From Chrysomallon squamiferum (taxonomy: Eukaryota > Animalia > Mollusca), in NCBI GenBank assembly GCA_012295275.1, contig CM022678.1, positions 9,238,001 through 9,302,000 on the forward strand: a stretch of 64,000 nt of DNA. The letters run 5' to 3'. Positions 29,151-42,677 of this stretch are shown piece by piece (the first letter of the stretch is position 1; the number at the start of each line of letters is the position of its first letter). Made by a program: the position numbers and the translations under genes. A model generated the notes under the pieces. It was not told the DNA's origin and did no database searches. It was given only the letters and a program-made list of their open reading frames with translations.

Positions 29151-30555
29151 TGTGACTAATAGTCAGAAAAATACTAGCTGTAGTCATAGTACTAGTTTAG
29201 TAGTAGTAGTAGAAGTACTAATAGTAATTTTGTTGTTGCAGTAGTAGAAGTAATAGAGGGAGTGTGAGTATATGACAGTTAAATGAGAAATTGTTATGAT
29301 AAAAGTAAAATGAAAAGAAAAGTAGCTGTGGCAACAGGAGCAGTAGTAGTAGTAGTAGTAGTAGTAGTTGTTGTTTTTGTTTGTAATTTAACAATAAATA
29401 TAAAATAATAGAATTTTGTTGAATTGGGGAAAAAAAAAAAAAAAAAAACTATTTTAATTCTTTATTTTTTTTATTTTTTATTTTTTGTTTTTTTTAAAAT
29501 TTGTTTGTTTATTTATTTAATATCTGATTCAGTATTTATTTTATTTTGATTGATTGATTTATTTATTTATTTATCTGCTCAGATGAGGCACCCACCAATC
29601 AGAATCAGACCAGTGAGTTGTCCACTTTCTTGGTTAATGTCGAGTCAAAGTTTTGCCGATGATCAGCTCAATGTTGGTGACCTTGAGCCCCACAGACACT
29701 GCAGCCGACCATGTTGAACTACAACGATTCTGACAGCATGAAGTTGAAGAGTGTCACACCAGGTGACCAATCTCAACAGTCAAATGTCAGTGATCATGGA
29801 GAAAAACTTGAACCTTTAATGTCAGCTGAGCTAAAACCAGCCAAAGAAAAACACTTAAATCATTCAAAAGCAGAGGAAAGAGACGAGACTCCCAGAAAGA
29901 GGACAACATCTCCAACAAAGCCTAGGAAACCTCCTCAAACATCACCCATCACAGCTGATGTATTTCCAGTCAAGGGGAGATAACTGGAAGCCACTGTTTC
30001 TCTGAATCTCAACACCAGATGAACCAGTAAGTGTGATTTCAGTGTCTGATACTCCACTAACACAAGGATAACTGAAAATTATGTAGGTGAAGGTCACGGT
30101 GAGGGTGAGGGTAAAGGACATATGCCATTTTACATTAACCTTGATGTTTACATTAATCCTAAGAAACAGAATTCAGAAAACACTTTGATCAGAAGACAGT
30201 AGTGGTAACAGATTGTTCTAAACTATTTATACTGTGTCTTAAAAATCTTAATGAGCACAGACTTGGACATCACACAAACACAACAACAAAACATGTTTTT
30301 GATTGTATTTTATTGAATAAACTTCTTCCAGGAGTCTTTGTGTTAGCAGACTCAGTCTGACATTGCTGTGTGTGTAAATGAACAAATCCCATGTTTACTA
30401 ATGGTGTTTCACATCACTGTCTGTGGATGTCGAGACAAACTGACCATGTTAGATTCATCTTGAACAAGTGATTGGTCTTAGGAAGAATGAATACACTGTG
30501 CTGCAGGGAAAGCTTTCCACTTGACTTTTTGATCAGTGAGGAATCAGAAGACTCA

Positions 30556-33500
30556 CTGTCACTGGTTGATGAGATTGTAAAGTTGGCTGTGCTTTGACAA
30601 ATGTATGAATCAGTTGTGTCCTTTAACTGGAAGAATGGGTTGTTATTGTTATGTGTGGTTCTGACTGCAGAAACAGGGCTTACCATTGTAGATGCAGATC
30701 AGAGTGTACATTCACACAGTCTGATCAGAGTTTGCAGTGTTTAAGTAGCTTACAAAGTCCTCAAGCTGCATGATGAGGTACAGGAGTGTACTGAAGAAAC
30801 TGGATCTAGGCTTGTCAGAAAAACCATAAACCCCATTTCTGTAGTAAGAGCCACACATAAGATTAAAACACAGATATTGTTATATTCAGAATGTTGAAAT
30901 GTTTCAGATATTTTTACTTGGCTTAGTTCATAACTTGATAATTAAAATAGTTTTTTAAAAACTGATTTATTTTGCATTATAGTTATGAATATTCATGATG
31001 CATCCATTATATGCAAATAATCTGAACTTGATTTCCAACTGGGGTTGTGTAAGAAATTTCCACAAAGAAAATGTATTGATATATTAAATAATATGTGTAT
31101 TTATTCATTTACACAGGATTAGAATTTCCTGGTCTGTGTTTCTGTAATATGAAAATAAAGTAATGTATGATCTCTAAAATTTCAAATAACAGAGAAATAA
31201 TTGTCTTTTATCAAGTTATATTCAGGAATTGTTATATTTTTTTATTGTTAAAAGTTTTATTTAAATATTTAATGTAGAGAAATATATAATTAGATAAAAG
31301 TTTTTAACTATAACCATTTATTGTATTTTTATGCATGTATTTTGTTATATGCTTATACAACTCAGTTTTTTCTATGTTCAGTATTTCAGAAACTGTGACT
31401 GCTTGTTACTGAAAGTTGAAATCCTTCTTCAGCATTTTGATCTGCTGTTGGTGATGTGATGTCACCTGCATTTTCACTGGATTCAGAGGTTAGTTGTTTT
31501 TGTTTTTTTATTTAGTTTATAAGAATGACAATCCTTAAGTATCACAGATATATGGTTTATTTTAATTATAAATGTTGTTTGATATAAAATTTAGCTTCAA
31601 AGAATGATCAGATACAATTTTTTTTTCTTTTTTTTTTTTTTTTCATAGATGCCAATTTTGTTTTATCAAGAACCTGTGAGGATTATCTGAAAAACAGCTG
31701 AAACCACTTTCCTCTGGTATGTAGCAAAAGTTTTATTTCTCTGTAACATTTGTAAGGAATTTAATGTATTTATGCAATAATTAAGTAGCCTAAAATTGTC
31801 AAGGATTGGGGAAAATAATGAAAAATGAAAAGATAAAATCATGAAAAAATCTTTATTATTAGACAGGGTCCTTCGTTAAATGGATTATTTATTTATTTAT
31901 GATTTCAGTTTATTGTTTTTTTCTTCTTACTGTCATCATCATTATTATTATTAATATAATTTATTTATCTGTTTTAATCATCATTATTGTTATTTTTATT
32001 TTGTTATTGTTATTATTATAAAGATTTGTTCTATGACTTCTGTGATGATAGCTAAATGTGATTGTTTTTTAAATTTCAGTATATCACATATTTTTGTAAT
32101 TTCACACAGTTCTCTGGTGTGAGACACTACAAGTCTACCTGACTGTGAAGATTTCTGGTGAAACATTGGCTGACTACAATCTGAACAAACTGGAGGAAGG
32201 ATCCCAGCTCTGTTATAAAATCTTCATTTACATCAGGTACTTTTTGTTACACCTTGTTGTATTTGATTTAGATTCTTGAGAAAAATGGTTTTAATGTTAT
32301 TCTGTTTACAGAGATAACAGGTCAGTAACAGTAAAATGATAGCAGCAATTCATCTGGTGACACAACATTTATGAATGTGGCATTTTGGAAATACAGATTT
32401 TTAAAATAGTTTTAAAATAAAATATTATAAAATATTATATTTTTTGTTATTCTTATTATCTGATTTAAAAGGGTATACATGTCCAAGCAAAGAATTAGTT
32501 TTTAATTGTGTTCTTGGTTTTCAAAAGAAAAGTGAATTTTCTAAATTATAATATACTGGGTTTTAGAGTCAACTGTTAATTGAGATATTTCACATTCCAC
32601 TGCGCATGTGCCCATTGCCGGGTAATTCAAAGATGCAGATTGCGAGATCTTGGCAAAACAGTCCAACTTGTAAATTGGTGGACAAAACCAATCATTCTGT
32701 AATGTGAGGCCACGACCATTGTTCAGTTATTAACTGTTCCAATTGCAGACATCTGAGAAATTTGTCATCCTTCTATCAATATCAGGAACATTTGTGGGTA
32801 ATCAGATCTCATAGAAATGGAAAAGATTTTAATGTTACTGAAAACACGAGGGTTTGTTCAGCATATTTTGTAGGTGGGAAGCCAGTGAACTTGAGTATTA
32901 GATGGGAAATTGTCACAGCACCTAGGATAACAAAAACAAATGAAATTAAACACATGGTTCAGATAACTGCAGAGAAGAATAGTTTCAGTCATGTTCTTAA
33001 TTATTCAGTCTACTGCAACTAGTTGAGGTGTTTGTTGCTTGGAGTCACAAATACTTAGTAGGGGTTGTACAAGTATGTAGGTGTTTATGTATATAGAGAA
33101 CACACTATACTGAGACCTTTTTAGCCATCGATTCCAAGTTAACAAAAGTCCATGACAGACATCATGGTCTTTTACAGTTGTGGACATGAAAGCTTTGTAC
33201 ATATGCATTCTAGAAATTTTTAAAATCATTTTGAAATCAGGTGTTATCAAAATCCTAGGGTACAAGTTGCAGAGACTTTGTCCAAGTTGTTGCACTGCAT
33301 TTTAATATGAACCATTCTGTTGTAGATTTCTGCGGACCCTTTTTCTATGACCCATCCACCATCTAATTGAAAACATGTAGATGTTAGTTGTCAAAGTTTA
33401 AAGTCTCTGTGAAGCTACTCATGTCACCCATAAGAACCTGTCAAGCTGCTAATTTGTAAATAGACTAGTTTCAGTCTGTTGTGTCAAAGGATATTTCTCT
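30556..33500 (+). repeat. Segmental duplication block 2, copy A (copy B at 45956-49100)
   Basis: TCACTGGTTGATGAGATTGTAAAG.. is colinear to ..TGTAAATAGACTAGTTTCAG. Identity is lower within the transposon part. Confidence 0.94.
32465..33500 (+). mobile_element. Internally deleted THAP-containing PIF/Harbinger-group (ISL2EU-like) transposon remnant, copy A
   Basis: The + strand gives HLWVIRSHRNGKDFNVTENTRVCSAYFVGGKP (THAP W..R..F..RVCSxHF pattern, His lost). SHRFQVNKS at about 33120 resembles the DLAxRFxVSxS helix-turn-helix of Harbinger-like transposases. There is also a convergent minus-strand remnant. Termini are not resolved. Confidence 0.65.
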
Positions 33501-34185
33501 TTTTTAGTAAAAAAATATTTTGTACATGTTTAGGAATGAATATGAGACATTTTAATTTTCTCAAAACATTTTCATGCTGAAGCATTAATATGAGATTATT
33601 TTAGGTATAAGGAGATGTTTTAATGTGTGATAAAAAGAGGAAAATACAGCTGAAGACTTTAAACAGTGGTGATGTCTTTTCTCTTCAATCAAGATATCAT
33701 TTTATAATTTTATGCTTTTATGTTCTTTAATGACTATTAAATTATTACTGTTTAATCAGGTATTTCTAGTTTAATACATTCAGTCAAAGATTAATATTAA
33801 AATTAAAATAAACTGTTCTACAAAAACAAAACAGATACTGTCTTCAAACATCAAGACATTCTTTACTGAACCTATTAATATGGTGTAGTTGTTGGTATGG
33901 AAAATGTTTAAATGATAATCATTATTATTTAATTGTGTTTTACAAGAATCTCATTATGGAATGTTAGAATGTTCAATCACTAATATCTTGGGAACAATAT
34001 TTTAGATTTTTATATAATTTTCACTGCTAAGACAAAGCTTATCTAGAAAAGTAAAAACATCAAAATGTAAACTTTATGACAAGCAACCCATTTTGTGCTG
34101 GATGGTCACAAATAAATGTTTGTTTTCTACAGCAGAATCTAAAAACAGATATTTTGTTGCAAGTTTGTGAGTGTGTGTATATGAG

Positions 34186-34259
<74 letters not shown>

Positions 34260-34988
34260 TGAATCACAAAGAAAAATTATGCTTCCAAATTTTCCACTTA
34301 CATCAATTTTAGATATTTCCTTTTCACACTGTTCAGTTAATTGATAGAGGTTTGTGGTTGTGACCATGTTGTATTTGAAGATTGTGGTTGTGACCAAGTA
34401 CTGCATTTGAAGACTGGTCACATGGAAGATCATGAATAGCTACATAAATTCATTGTTTTACTGTTGATTAGAGATTGACAATAAACCACAGTTGTTTGTT
34501 TATAAATAAAATGAATTGAGATGGATTATGATAGATAACAGTACACAATTACCTCTACAGTAAAGATTACAATTTACAAACCTAAGGAACCTAGGATCTG
34601 AGACTTGAGGTTCCACTGACTTGAAATAGTAGACTTGACAGGGCAGACAACAAGTAATTATACACTTTGATTCAGGTTGTAGAAATATCATCCTGAATGA
34701 AACAATTCCAGTGAAAGTCTGTCTCTCATGTGTCATTGATGTAACTGTGGAAGTCAGATTTCTAATATTTCTTAATAAGTGATTTTTAAAGAAAAGTCTA
34801 CCCATTTCAATGAACAATAGCTACTTAATATTTTCAATTAAATTGATGCACAATATAGATAAGTAAGTTTTGAAGCAGTAGATTAATTAGCCCTAACAGC
34901 AAATATATATATAGTGTGTTACTTTATTGTAATAAAAATTATTAGTATTAATATTAAAGCAGTAGATATTTTCACTACTATTATTACC

Positions 34989-34989
34989 G

Positions 34990-35039
<50 letters not shown>

Positions 35040-35075
35040 CTTCTTCTTCTTCTTCTTCTTCTTCTTCTTCTTCTT

Positions 35076-35152
<77 letters not shown>
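34989..35152. repeat. Compound in-phase triplet microsatellite (GTT)n(CTT)n(ATT)n
   Basis: Directly visible. Confidence 0.99.
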
Positions 35153-35153
<1 letters not shown>

Positions 35154-35678
35154 TACAGGATGGTTTGATGGAGTTCAGTGCACAGACATGTGAAAGCAGA
35201 AATGAAAATCCATGGCCAAGTTTGATGAAGATTTGAGTTTTGCTATCAAAGTTTTGATAGTTGATGCCAGACTGATTCAGAAGTCATGAAACAGATGCTG
35301 GATTCAGTTCTGCCTCTTTTTTCAGTCAGTCACAGCAGTGAGAAAAATGTTTGACCAGACACAGCACCAAGTACAGTCAAGTCTGCAGCAGTCTTAAACA
35401 AGAACAAATATTTCAAATGATACTAATGAGTGAGAAAAATAAAAACATTCAGACAATACATGATAGGGAAAATGATGTTTATTTCAAAGTGTATTTCAAA
35501 CAGTGGTGAAAAATATGACATTAAGTCTTATGATATAAATTTGAAAAGAAAGTGAATATGAATGATCATAGAAATTACTCATTACTTACATTAAAAAAAA
35601 TAATAATAAATAAATAAATAATGTTTATTTTAAGGAAGACTTATTTTTTTTAAATATAATTATTGTTTCGTTTTTTTA

Positions 35679-35730
<52 letters not shown>

Positions 35731-37259
35731 TTTTTTTTTTTTTTTTTTACTTAATCATATAATCCAAATATTAAATAATAATTAAATACCAAGACTTGTT
35801 GTAAAGATTTACCCAATAAAACATAAAATGGAAGGAAATATTTAACCTACATATGCATGTATTTGTTGTTAGAAATTTACTTAATTAGTAATTTGCAGGT
35901 TACTTTGTCTGTCAAATTATATATTAATTTAAACCATTTTATTTTATTAATATAGTTTTAGTGGATAACTCAGAAATCTTATAATTTTTAGTAGTTTTTC
36001 TAAAATTATATTTTTCATATGAAAAAGTATTTTTGTTGAAATAAATATTGCAAATTATTTTGTTTTCAATTATAATTTTTTAGCCAACATTATCAAACTG
36101 GAGTAACAAATTCCTATTTATGAGGATGATTTTTATTTATATTGTTTTGACATATTAACCCAAATAAAGTATTTAATAATCATAATTTCTTCTGTTACAA
36201 TTATATTAAGTAAATTTCTTAAATGGATAAATTCATAGGTATATTAATTAGAAGGTCTATAAGATTATTTGAATTTTCTGATTCTGAAATGTGTTGTAAC
36301 AAAATCAAATGAAAAATCAAAGTCTAGTTTAAACTGTTTAGTGTAAGAAAATTAAATAAATAAATAAATAAACAGGTGTAATCTTATTTTGGATTTTAAA
36401 GAAAAAACAAACATGCATTTTGGATTATATTTCTTTCAAAACGCACGCACAGAATTTTATCCATGTCTATTTTTAGTTCCACCTGTAGATGTACAAAAAA
36501 TGCAGAGCCTATGAACAGGTGAATAAAATGATGTAATTTTATCTTGTATGTGTTCATAACTTGGAATCACACCTGTAGATACCACTAAGAAGTGCATCAA
36601 ACATTCTGAAATCAAGTATGGATATCATTTATATGACTCTAGTAGATATGGAATATAGTTGATATGGGATATAGTAGTATACTATGGATATAGCAGATAC
36701 AGTGTAGTAGATACTATAGTAAATGTGAATATAATAGGTACTGTTGAGATATTTTACTACAACAGTTCATTTTAAAAAAATGTATTCATATTTGAAAGTA
36801 TTGTATTATTTGTTTATTAATTTTAATCTTTACTGTTATAATTATCACATCAAAATTATCATTATTATGAAAACATGCCAGAGATATTGTAGATAAACAA
36901 ATAAATAAAAATGAATCACAAGCTCTCACAAATTATATATAAATGTTAATGTGAACACACACACACCCATACCCAAATATCCAATGAGTTATTGTATTTG
37001 GATATTATGTGAATGTATCATCCCTCCCTATTCTAACCAGGCTAACCATTTTACTTTGTCCATTTATATCTCTTATTCATCATCCATCCATCTTTCATTC
37101 CTATACTTCCACAAGTATACATGAATCCAGTGATTAATCTAAGCACAAAGAATCAATTTTTTTTCTCACAATCACATCAAGCTGAAACTTCCAGTTTGTC
37201 ACAAATGTCACCTGTGATTGAAACAGACTCCTACACTTGTCCAGTCTGCTTATTTGTAT

Positions 37260-37294
37260 ATAAATAAATAAATAAATAAATAAATAAAAATGAA

Positions 37295-37325
<31 letters not shown>

Positions 37326-37332
37326 AAAAAAA

Positions 37333-37363
<31 letters not shown>

Positions 37364-37494
37364 AAACAAATAAAGAAAAATAAATAAATAAATAAATAAA
37401 ATGATAATGACAGGCCAGGAGTTGGTTCGTTTACACATACATACATATACATACACACATACACATACACACATACACACACACACACACACAC

Positions 37495-37590
<96 letters not shown>

Positions 37591-38102
37591 CACACACATA
37601 CATACACACACACACACACACACATACATACATAAACACATCATAATCACATTTACTATTAACTGTAATATAACACATACCCCCACTTTCAAACATACAG
37701 ACACAAACACATGCACATATTTACTATTGCTCATGCTCATGCACAAAAATATATACAAACACATAAACAGTCAAATTTATAATAAATCACATATATCATA
37801 CACACACAGACATATAGACAGACATATACTCACTAACAATAACTTGTATATACACATAACATGCAACACAGACACACACACACACACACACACACTGTAG
37901 TTGACATATATCATTCACACTGAGAGTATCACACTCTATGTATCTGTTCTTTCTGATTAACATATCATCTCTTTCCATGTCTCTTTAAATTCCTGTCTTT
38001 TACACTCAATTTTTGAATTACTTGCATACTACTGCTTTCAGCCACAATGTAACTTTGTTATCTTAAGTCTGAAACCAGTTATAACCTTTTATATAAATAT
38101 AA

Positions 38103-38139
<37 letters not shown>

Positions 38140-38485
38140 CAGTCATAAAAACTCACAAAGACACTGGATGTGTAAAAAGATAGATGAATGAAAACTAAAT
38201 GAATAGAGACACATAATAAAATATTACATTAATGACTTTTATTCTCAGATGATCTGTACAGACTACAAACTAATCAGTGTTTCAGTGCAAACTAACACTG
38301 CATGTCTCTCTATACACCGACTTAAACTACTAAGTCAAAGGTTACCATTCTACCTCTAGTTATCAATATAACATTACCTCAAGCCTTTAATAATCTTAAT
38401 AAATAAAAGGCTTTTAATCTGGAAACCTTTTTTTCTGTATTTTTTTTATTTATACTCACTACTCCTAGTCAAAGACTGTCATTAC

Positions 38486-38547
<62 letters not shown>

Positions 38548-38602
38548 AATAATAATAATAATAATAATAATAATAGTAATAGTAATAATAATTGCAATAG
38601 TA

Positions 38603-38650
<48 letters not shown>
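37260..38650. repeat. Microsatellite cluster (AAAT)n, (CA)n, (AAT)n
   Basis: At 37260-37400, 37432-37640, 37865-37895, 38106-38135 and 38487-38650. Confidence 0.97.
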
Positions 38651-38651
<1 letters not shown>

Positions 38652-39557
38652 TTGTCTTTTTCTATTCATTAAAATGAGTTTCAAACTACCAAGTAAAGAG
38701 GTGCACATTCACACGCATATACACACACATGACCACAAACACTTAGATACTTTTAATTCATGACTTTGTTATTTAACAACAAAATGAATTAACATTTGCT
38801 AGTATAAGGAATGAAACATTCAGAAATTGTGAATTTTTTTCCTTCTTTAATATGTAAACATAAATGTATTTTTTTTAAATTTAATATAAATTACACAGAA
38901 CTTTGTAAGAGCCACCACACAAAAAAATAAAAAAGAAAAGAAAAGAAAAGAAAAAATAAAGTTTTGGTTACATGAGAGATACAATATATTTGTTATCATT
39001 CCAGGAAGGGCCTCTGTGGAACTTTAATCCATAATGTATCAAAGAATTTGTATTACTTTTTAGAATGAACAAGAATTATTATTTGTTTCTCACTTTTAAT
39101 ACAACAAAAGACAAATATTGAATTATAATATATCTTGTAATATACATATAAAGTTGTGTAAATGGAATCAATATAAACATGTAGGTATGTTCCAAGAACA
39201 CTTTATTTCAACTTGCATCTGTTAACATTGATAAATAATTAAAATATAAACAAAATATTTCTATAAAACCAGGACACTGTAGGGTAATGCCATTTTAGAC
39301 TGCACACTTATAAAGATTAAAACAAATGGAATTTTCTTATTACAAATGTTACAGTCAAGGTTTTAGACTTATTGCAGAGCTATAAAGATTAAAATGTAAT
39401 AAAATTGGAATATTTTTTTAATTGCAAATGTTATTAGACATATAGCAGATTTATAAAGATTAAAATAACATAAAATTGGAATATTTTTTTAATTACAAAT
39501 GTTACAGTTAAGGGTCTATCAAGTCTTAGCAGAGAAATAGTATGTCACTGATTATAC

Positions 39558-39596
<39 letters not shown>

Positions 39597-40226
39597 TAAT
39601 AATACTTGTTTTTTTGATATACAGGAAATTGCCCTGACCTGCAACTATTTTTATGAATTACTAAAACTTTTCTTAGAATTCCAAGTTTTCCAGATTAGTT
39701 CCAAAACAGAAAATTGAAACAGATTTCCAATGGAAAAAAAATATATATTAACTTTGAAATTTAAAAAAAATATATTAAATCACAAAATAGAAATAAAAGA
39801 GAATAATTAAGGTATGTTTCTTCAACTTTTCTCTGTGATTTGAACAATTAGGAATTAAAATGTGACTGAAATTTAACAAATAGTTACATAGTAAACATTT
39901 TTTATATAATTGTTATTATTTTAAAAATATTTTTAAAATTTTCATTGTTACTGGAATAAAAAATATAACAAAAAATGTATCATTAAGTTCCATTCAAAAG
40001 AAAAAAAGAAAAAAGAGAAAGAACACATGACTGAAATAATTTACTTTTCATTTCTAAAAATAAAATACAAGCAGAATAATTTTTCATACAGTAAGAATGA
40101 TAAAATGAGAAACACAGATATTTACAATCAGACATAGTATTTTCATGTATATCTTCAAATGTCTAACATAAATGACTTTATGTCCAAAAAAATTATGTTT
40201 TTTTTTTTTGTTGTTGTTATAAATAA

Positions 40227-40714
40227 ATTTTAATTATCCCTAATTAGATAATCTTAAATATATTTATACAATGATTACTCCAAGCAACCCTTGATTTACC
40301 CTGATTTAAATATGATAAGGAAAAAAACTGTTGTTTTTGTTTTGTAGTTTTATATAAAAAAAAAATCTAATTACCCCTAATTACATAATCTTCAATTATA
40401 TTTAAATTGATTACCCCCAGCAAACCCTTGATTTTCTCCTGATGTAAATAATAAATTAAAAAAAACATGTTGTTCTTGTTTTGATTTTGTTTTTTTATAA
40501 AAAATTCTAATTACATAATTTTAAATATATTTATACAATGATTACCCCAGCAAACCCTTGATTTTCCCCTGATTCAAATATACAGAAAAAGGTTTTTTCT
40601 TCCTTTTTTTATAAATAATTCTAATTAGCCCTAATTCTAATTACCCCTAATTACATAATCTTCAACTATATTTACATTGATTACCCCCAGCAAACCCTAG
40701 ACTTTCCCCTGATT

Positions 40715-40753
<39 letters not shown>

Positions 40754-41008
40754 GTTTTGTTGTTTGTTTTGTTTTTTTAATAAAAAATTCTAATTACCCC
40801 TAATTACATAATTCTAAATATATTAAACCCTTGAATTTTCCCTGATTTAAATAATATGACAAAGAAAGATAAAATAAATGTTGTTTTGTTTTTTTATTTA
40901 AAAAAAAATATTTTTAATAAAATATTCTAATTACCCTAATTACATAATTTTAAATATATTTACATTGATTATCCCAGCAAACCTTTCAATTTCCCCGATT
41001 TAAATAAT
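40227..41008. repeat. Six copies of an ~85-bp core separated by variable A/T-rich linkers
   Basis: The core CTAATTACCCCTAATTACATAAT..TATATTTA..TGATTACCCCCAGCAAACCCTTGATTTTCCCCTGATTTAAATA occurs at about 40230, 40367, 40507, 40638, 40790 and 40927. Confidence 0.9.
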
Positions 41009-42545
41009 ACAAAAATTTGATGATTAAAAAATGTAACACCTCTATGCACTATGACATTAATTTTAGGTTATTTAGAAAAATGGCATTCCATATCAGTGAT
41101 GAATCTCTATTCCTCTTTCAGCGATAAAACTTAGAATAACCATGCACACACATCAATGATAAAAACAGTGCAAGCTGCTATGAAGTACAATGTGTACACT
41201 GGATGTTCTGATAATATTGACAATGCAGTCTTTGGAGATCACTGAGGTTTCAAAATTCAAATTAGATTGATTTTATGATCTTACAGATTTTCTCTTGAAA
41301 GTGTTGAGCTTTCTCTGGACAGGGAAGACTGTGAAATAATAGCATTCTGGTGCTCTAGTTAATCTTTTCTGAGGCAGCTTGATTCTGTTGTCTAGGATCC
41401 TACAACAAAATATAATATTCATTAAGAAACTAAACATAAAATAAAGTGCAAAAGTGGAATTTTTTGTTGTCAGCTCTAACTGCATTTCACTGTCTTAGCA
41501 AGAAGAGTTTTATTTTTTTCCCATACAATATTAATAATAAAAATAATTTATTAAATATATTTAAATTCTTAATTTCAATCAGTTTAATATTATTTTTTAA
41601 CTTTGATATAAAAGGATTAAAACAGCAATATATCAGTAAAAGAGCTTATGAAAAATATTTTTTTTAATATATTTGAATAATTATGTAACTTGGTAAGATT
41701 TGATATTCATGCTATCCTTTAGTCCAGTTTAAGATGACTGCCAGGAATATTAAGTAAATAAACATTTTAAACCTATATAGTATTACAACAGACAGTAAGA
41801 AAATGGTTTTCTAATTCAGATTCTACTTGAAATACTAATATACTTACATGATGAAAATACATTTGAGATTATTCTGAGAATCTTTAATTAATCTTAACAG
41901 TCATTATAGTTACATCATTTATGATAAATTATTCGATTAATTAAAACATTTAATTGTAATATTCTTTCCTGCCACTTTAATGTAATTTATTTTTTGCCAT
42001 TAATGAAATACATTTTGTCTTATAAATAAACCACAATTATCCTAGATAATAGTTACAATAATGATCAGTAAGGAATATTTTAAAATGTATTTAAAACAAA
42101 AACAACATTACACATGCATGTGATAAAATAAGAAAAGAAGATAAATCTTTCAAGCCAATTTATGCATCTGTACAACCTCTCAAATCCACCAAACTTCCAT
42201 CCATTCCATTATACCAAATTTCAAAATACTGTAAATATCTTTAGCTCTACCAAATGAAGTAATAAATGTTTGTGTTTCAGTTTAGAGTGAGATATTTATA
42301 ACAGAAAATTACAAATTTATACAAATGTTCTGTTCACTACTCTGTTAGGCTGGCATGCAAATTATTACAAGGTTTACACTGATTCTATTAATTTTCAGTT
42401 TACAAAAACACAAATATATTTTCATGTATGACGCTTAATTCAGGATAATAGAAAATATTTTGCATAGAATTTTGTGAAAGACTGAGGAAATATTTAAAAC
42501 TGAAATAAAATGGAAAGGTTTACAATGACTAATGTATTTAAATAC

Positions 42546-42677
42546 CTGCTGGACAGCACCAAATACTTCAACTCTACTGGAGACTTGAGCTGCTCTTTGT
42601 TCCAAAATGTCAATCTGAGTTTGTATTTTATCAACAATTTCTTGAATATTTTTATCCTTAACAAGCCGATTTAGTTT
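42546..42677 (-). CDS. Isolated open phase 0-0 exon of an unidentified, probably coiled-coil protein (gene status unknown)
   Basis: TATATTTTCAG acceptor and CAG/GTATTT donor, 132 nt: KLNRLVKDKNIQEIVDKIQTQIDILEQRAAQVSSRVEVFGAVQQ. Confidence 0.45.

Larger units (their letters stand above)
24642..30200 (+). pseudogene. CAMSAP: CAMSAP/Patronin unprocessed pseudogene, N-terminal (CH domain) and middle exons
   Basis: Exons: 24642-24750 (GDCIIIQ/LSRKGIYIMDKDESPVTETILMQTAPF*L); 25073-25137 (NVLILAYASEVVSVECAVLAIR); 25581-25697 (*ITPFNAPSELPSGTEDTIIFCLNKV); 26053-26180 (VPVMTDILKDI*D); 26559-26797 (DICLKDGLGIANSLHNLRLTKTFCERHLP/NFFHFTYEDLLYTRDSVRENLLAFLTELFFWFE); 28402-28496; 29583-~30200 (EPLMSAELKPAKEKHLNHSKAEER). 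These match recalled CAMSAP/Patronin motifs in order and carry multiple stops and frameshifts. Confidence 0.9.

Noticed and set aside
29711-29983. Stand-alone 90-aa gene
   Set aside because: It is an open stretch within a larger Patronin pseudo-exon that has stops on both sides.
40227-41008. CRISPR array
   Set aside because: The cores are ~85 bp and degenerate, and the linkers are homologous low-complexity sequence.
41284-41399. SLPCPEKAQHFQEKI resembling a PDS5 segment
   Set aside because: A short match in a frame with a stop, and the neighbouring exons do not corroborate it.
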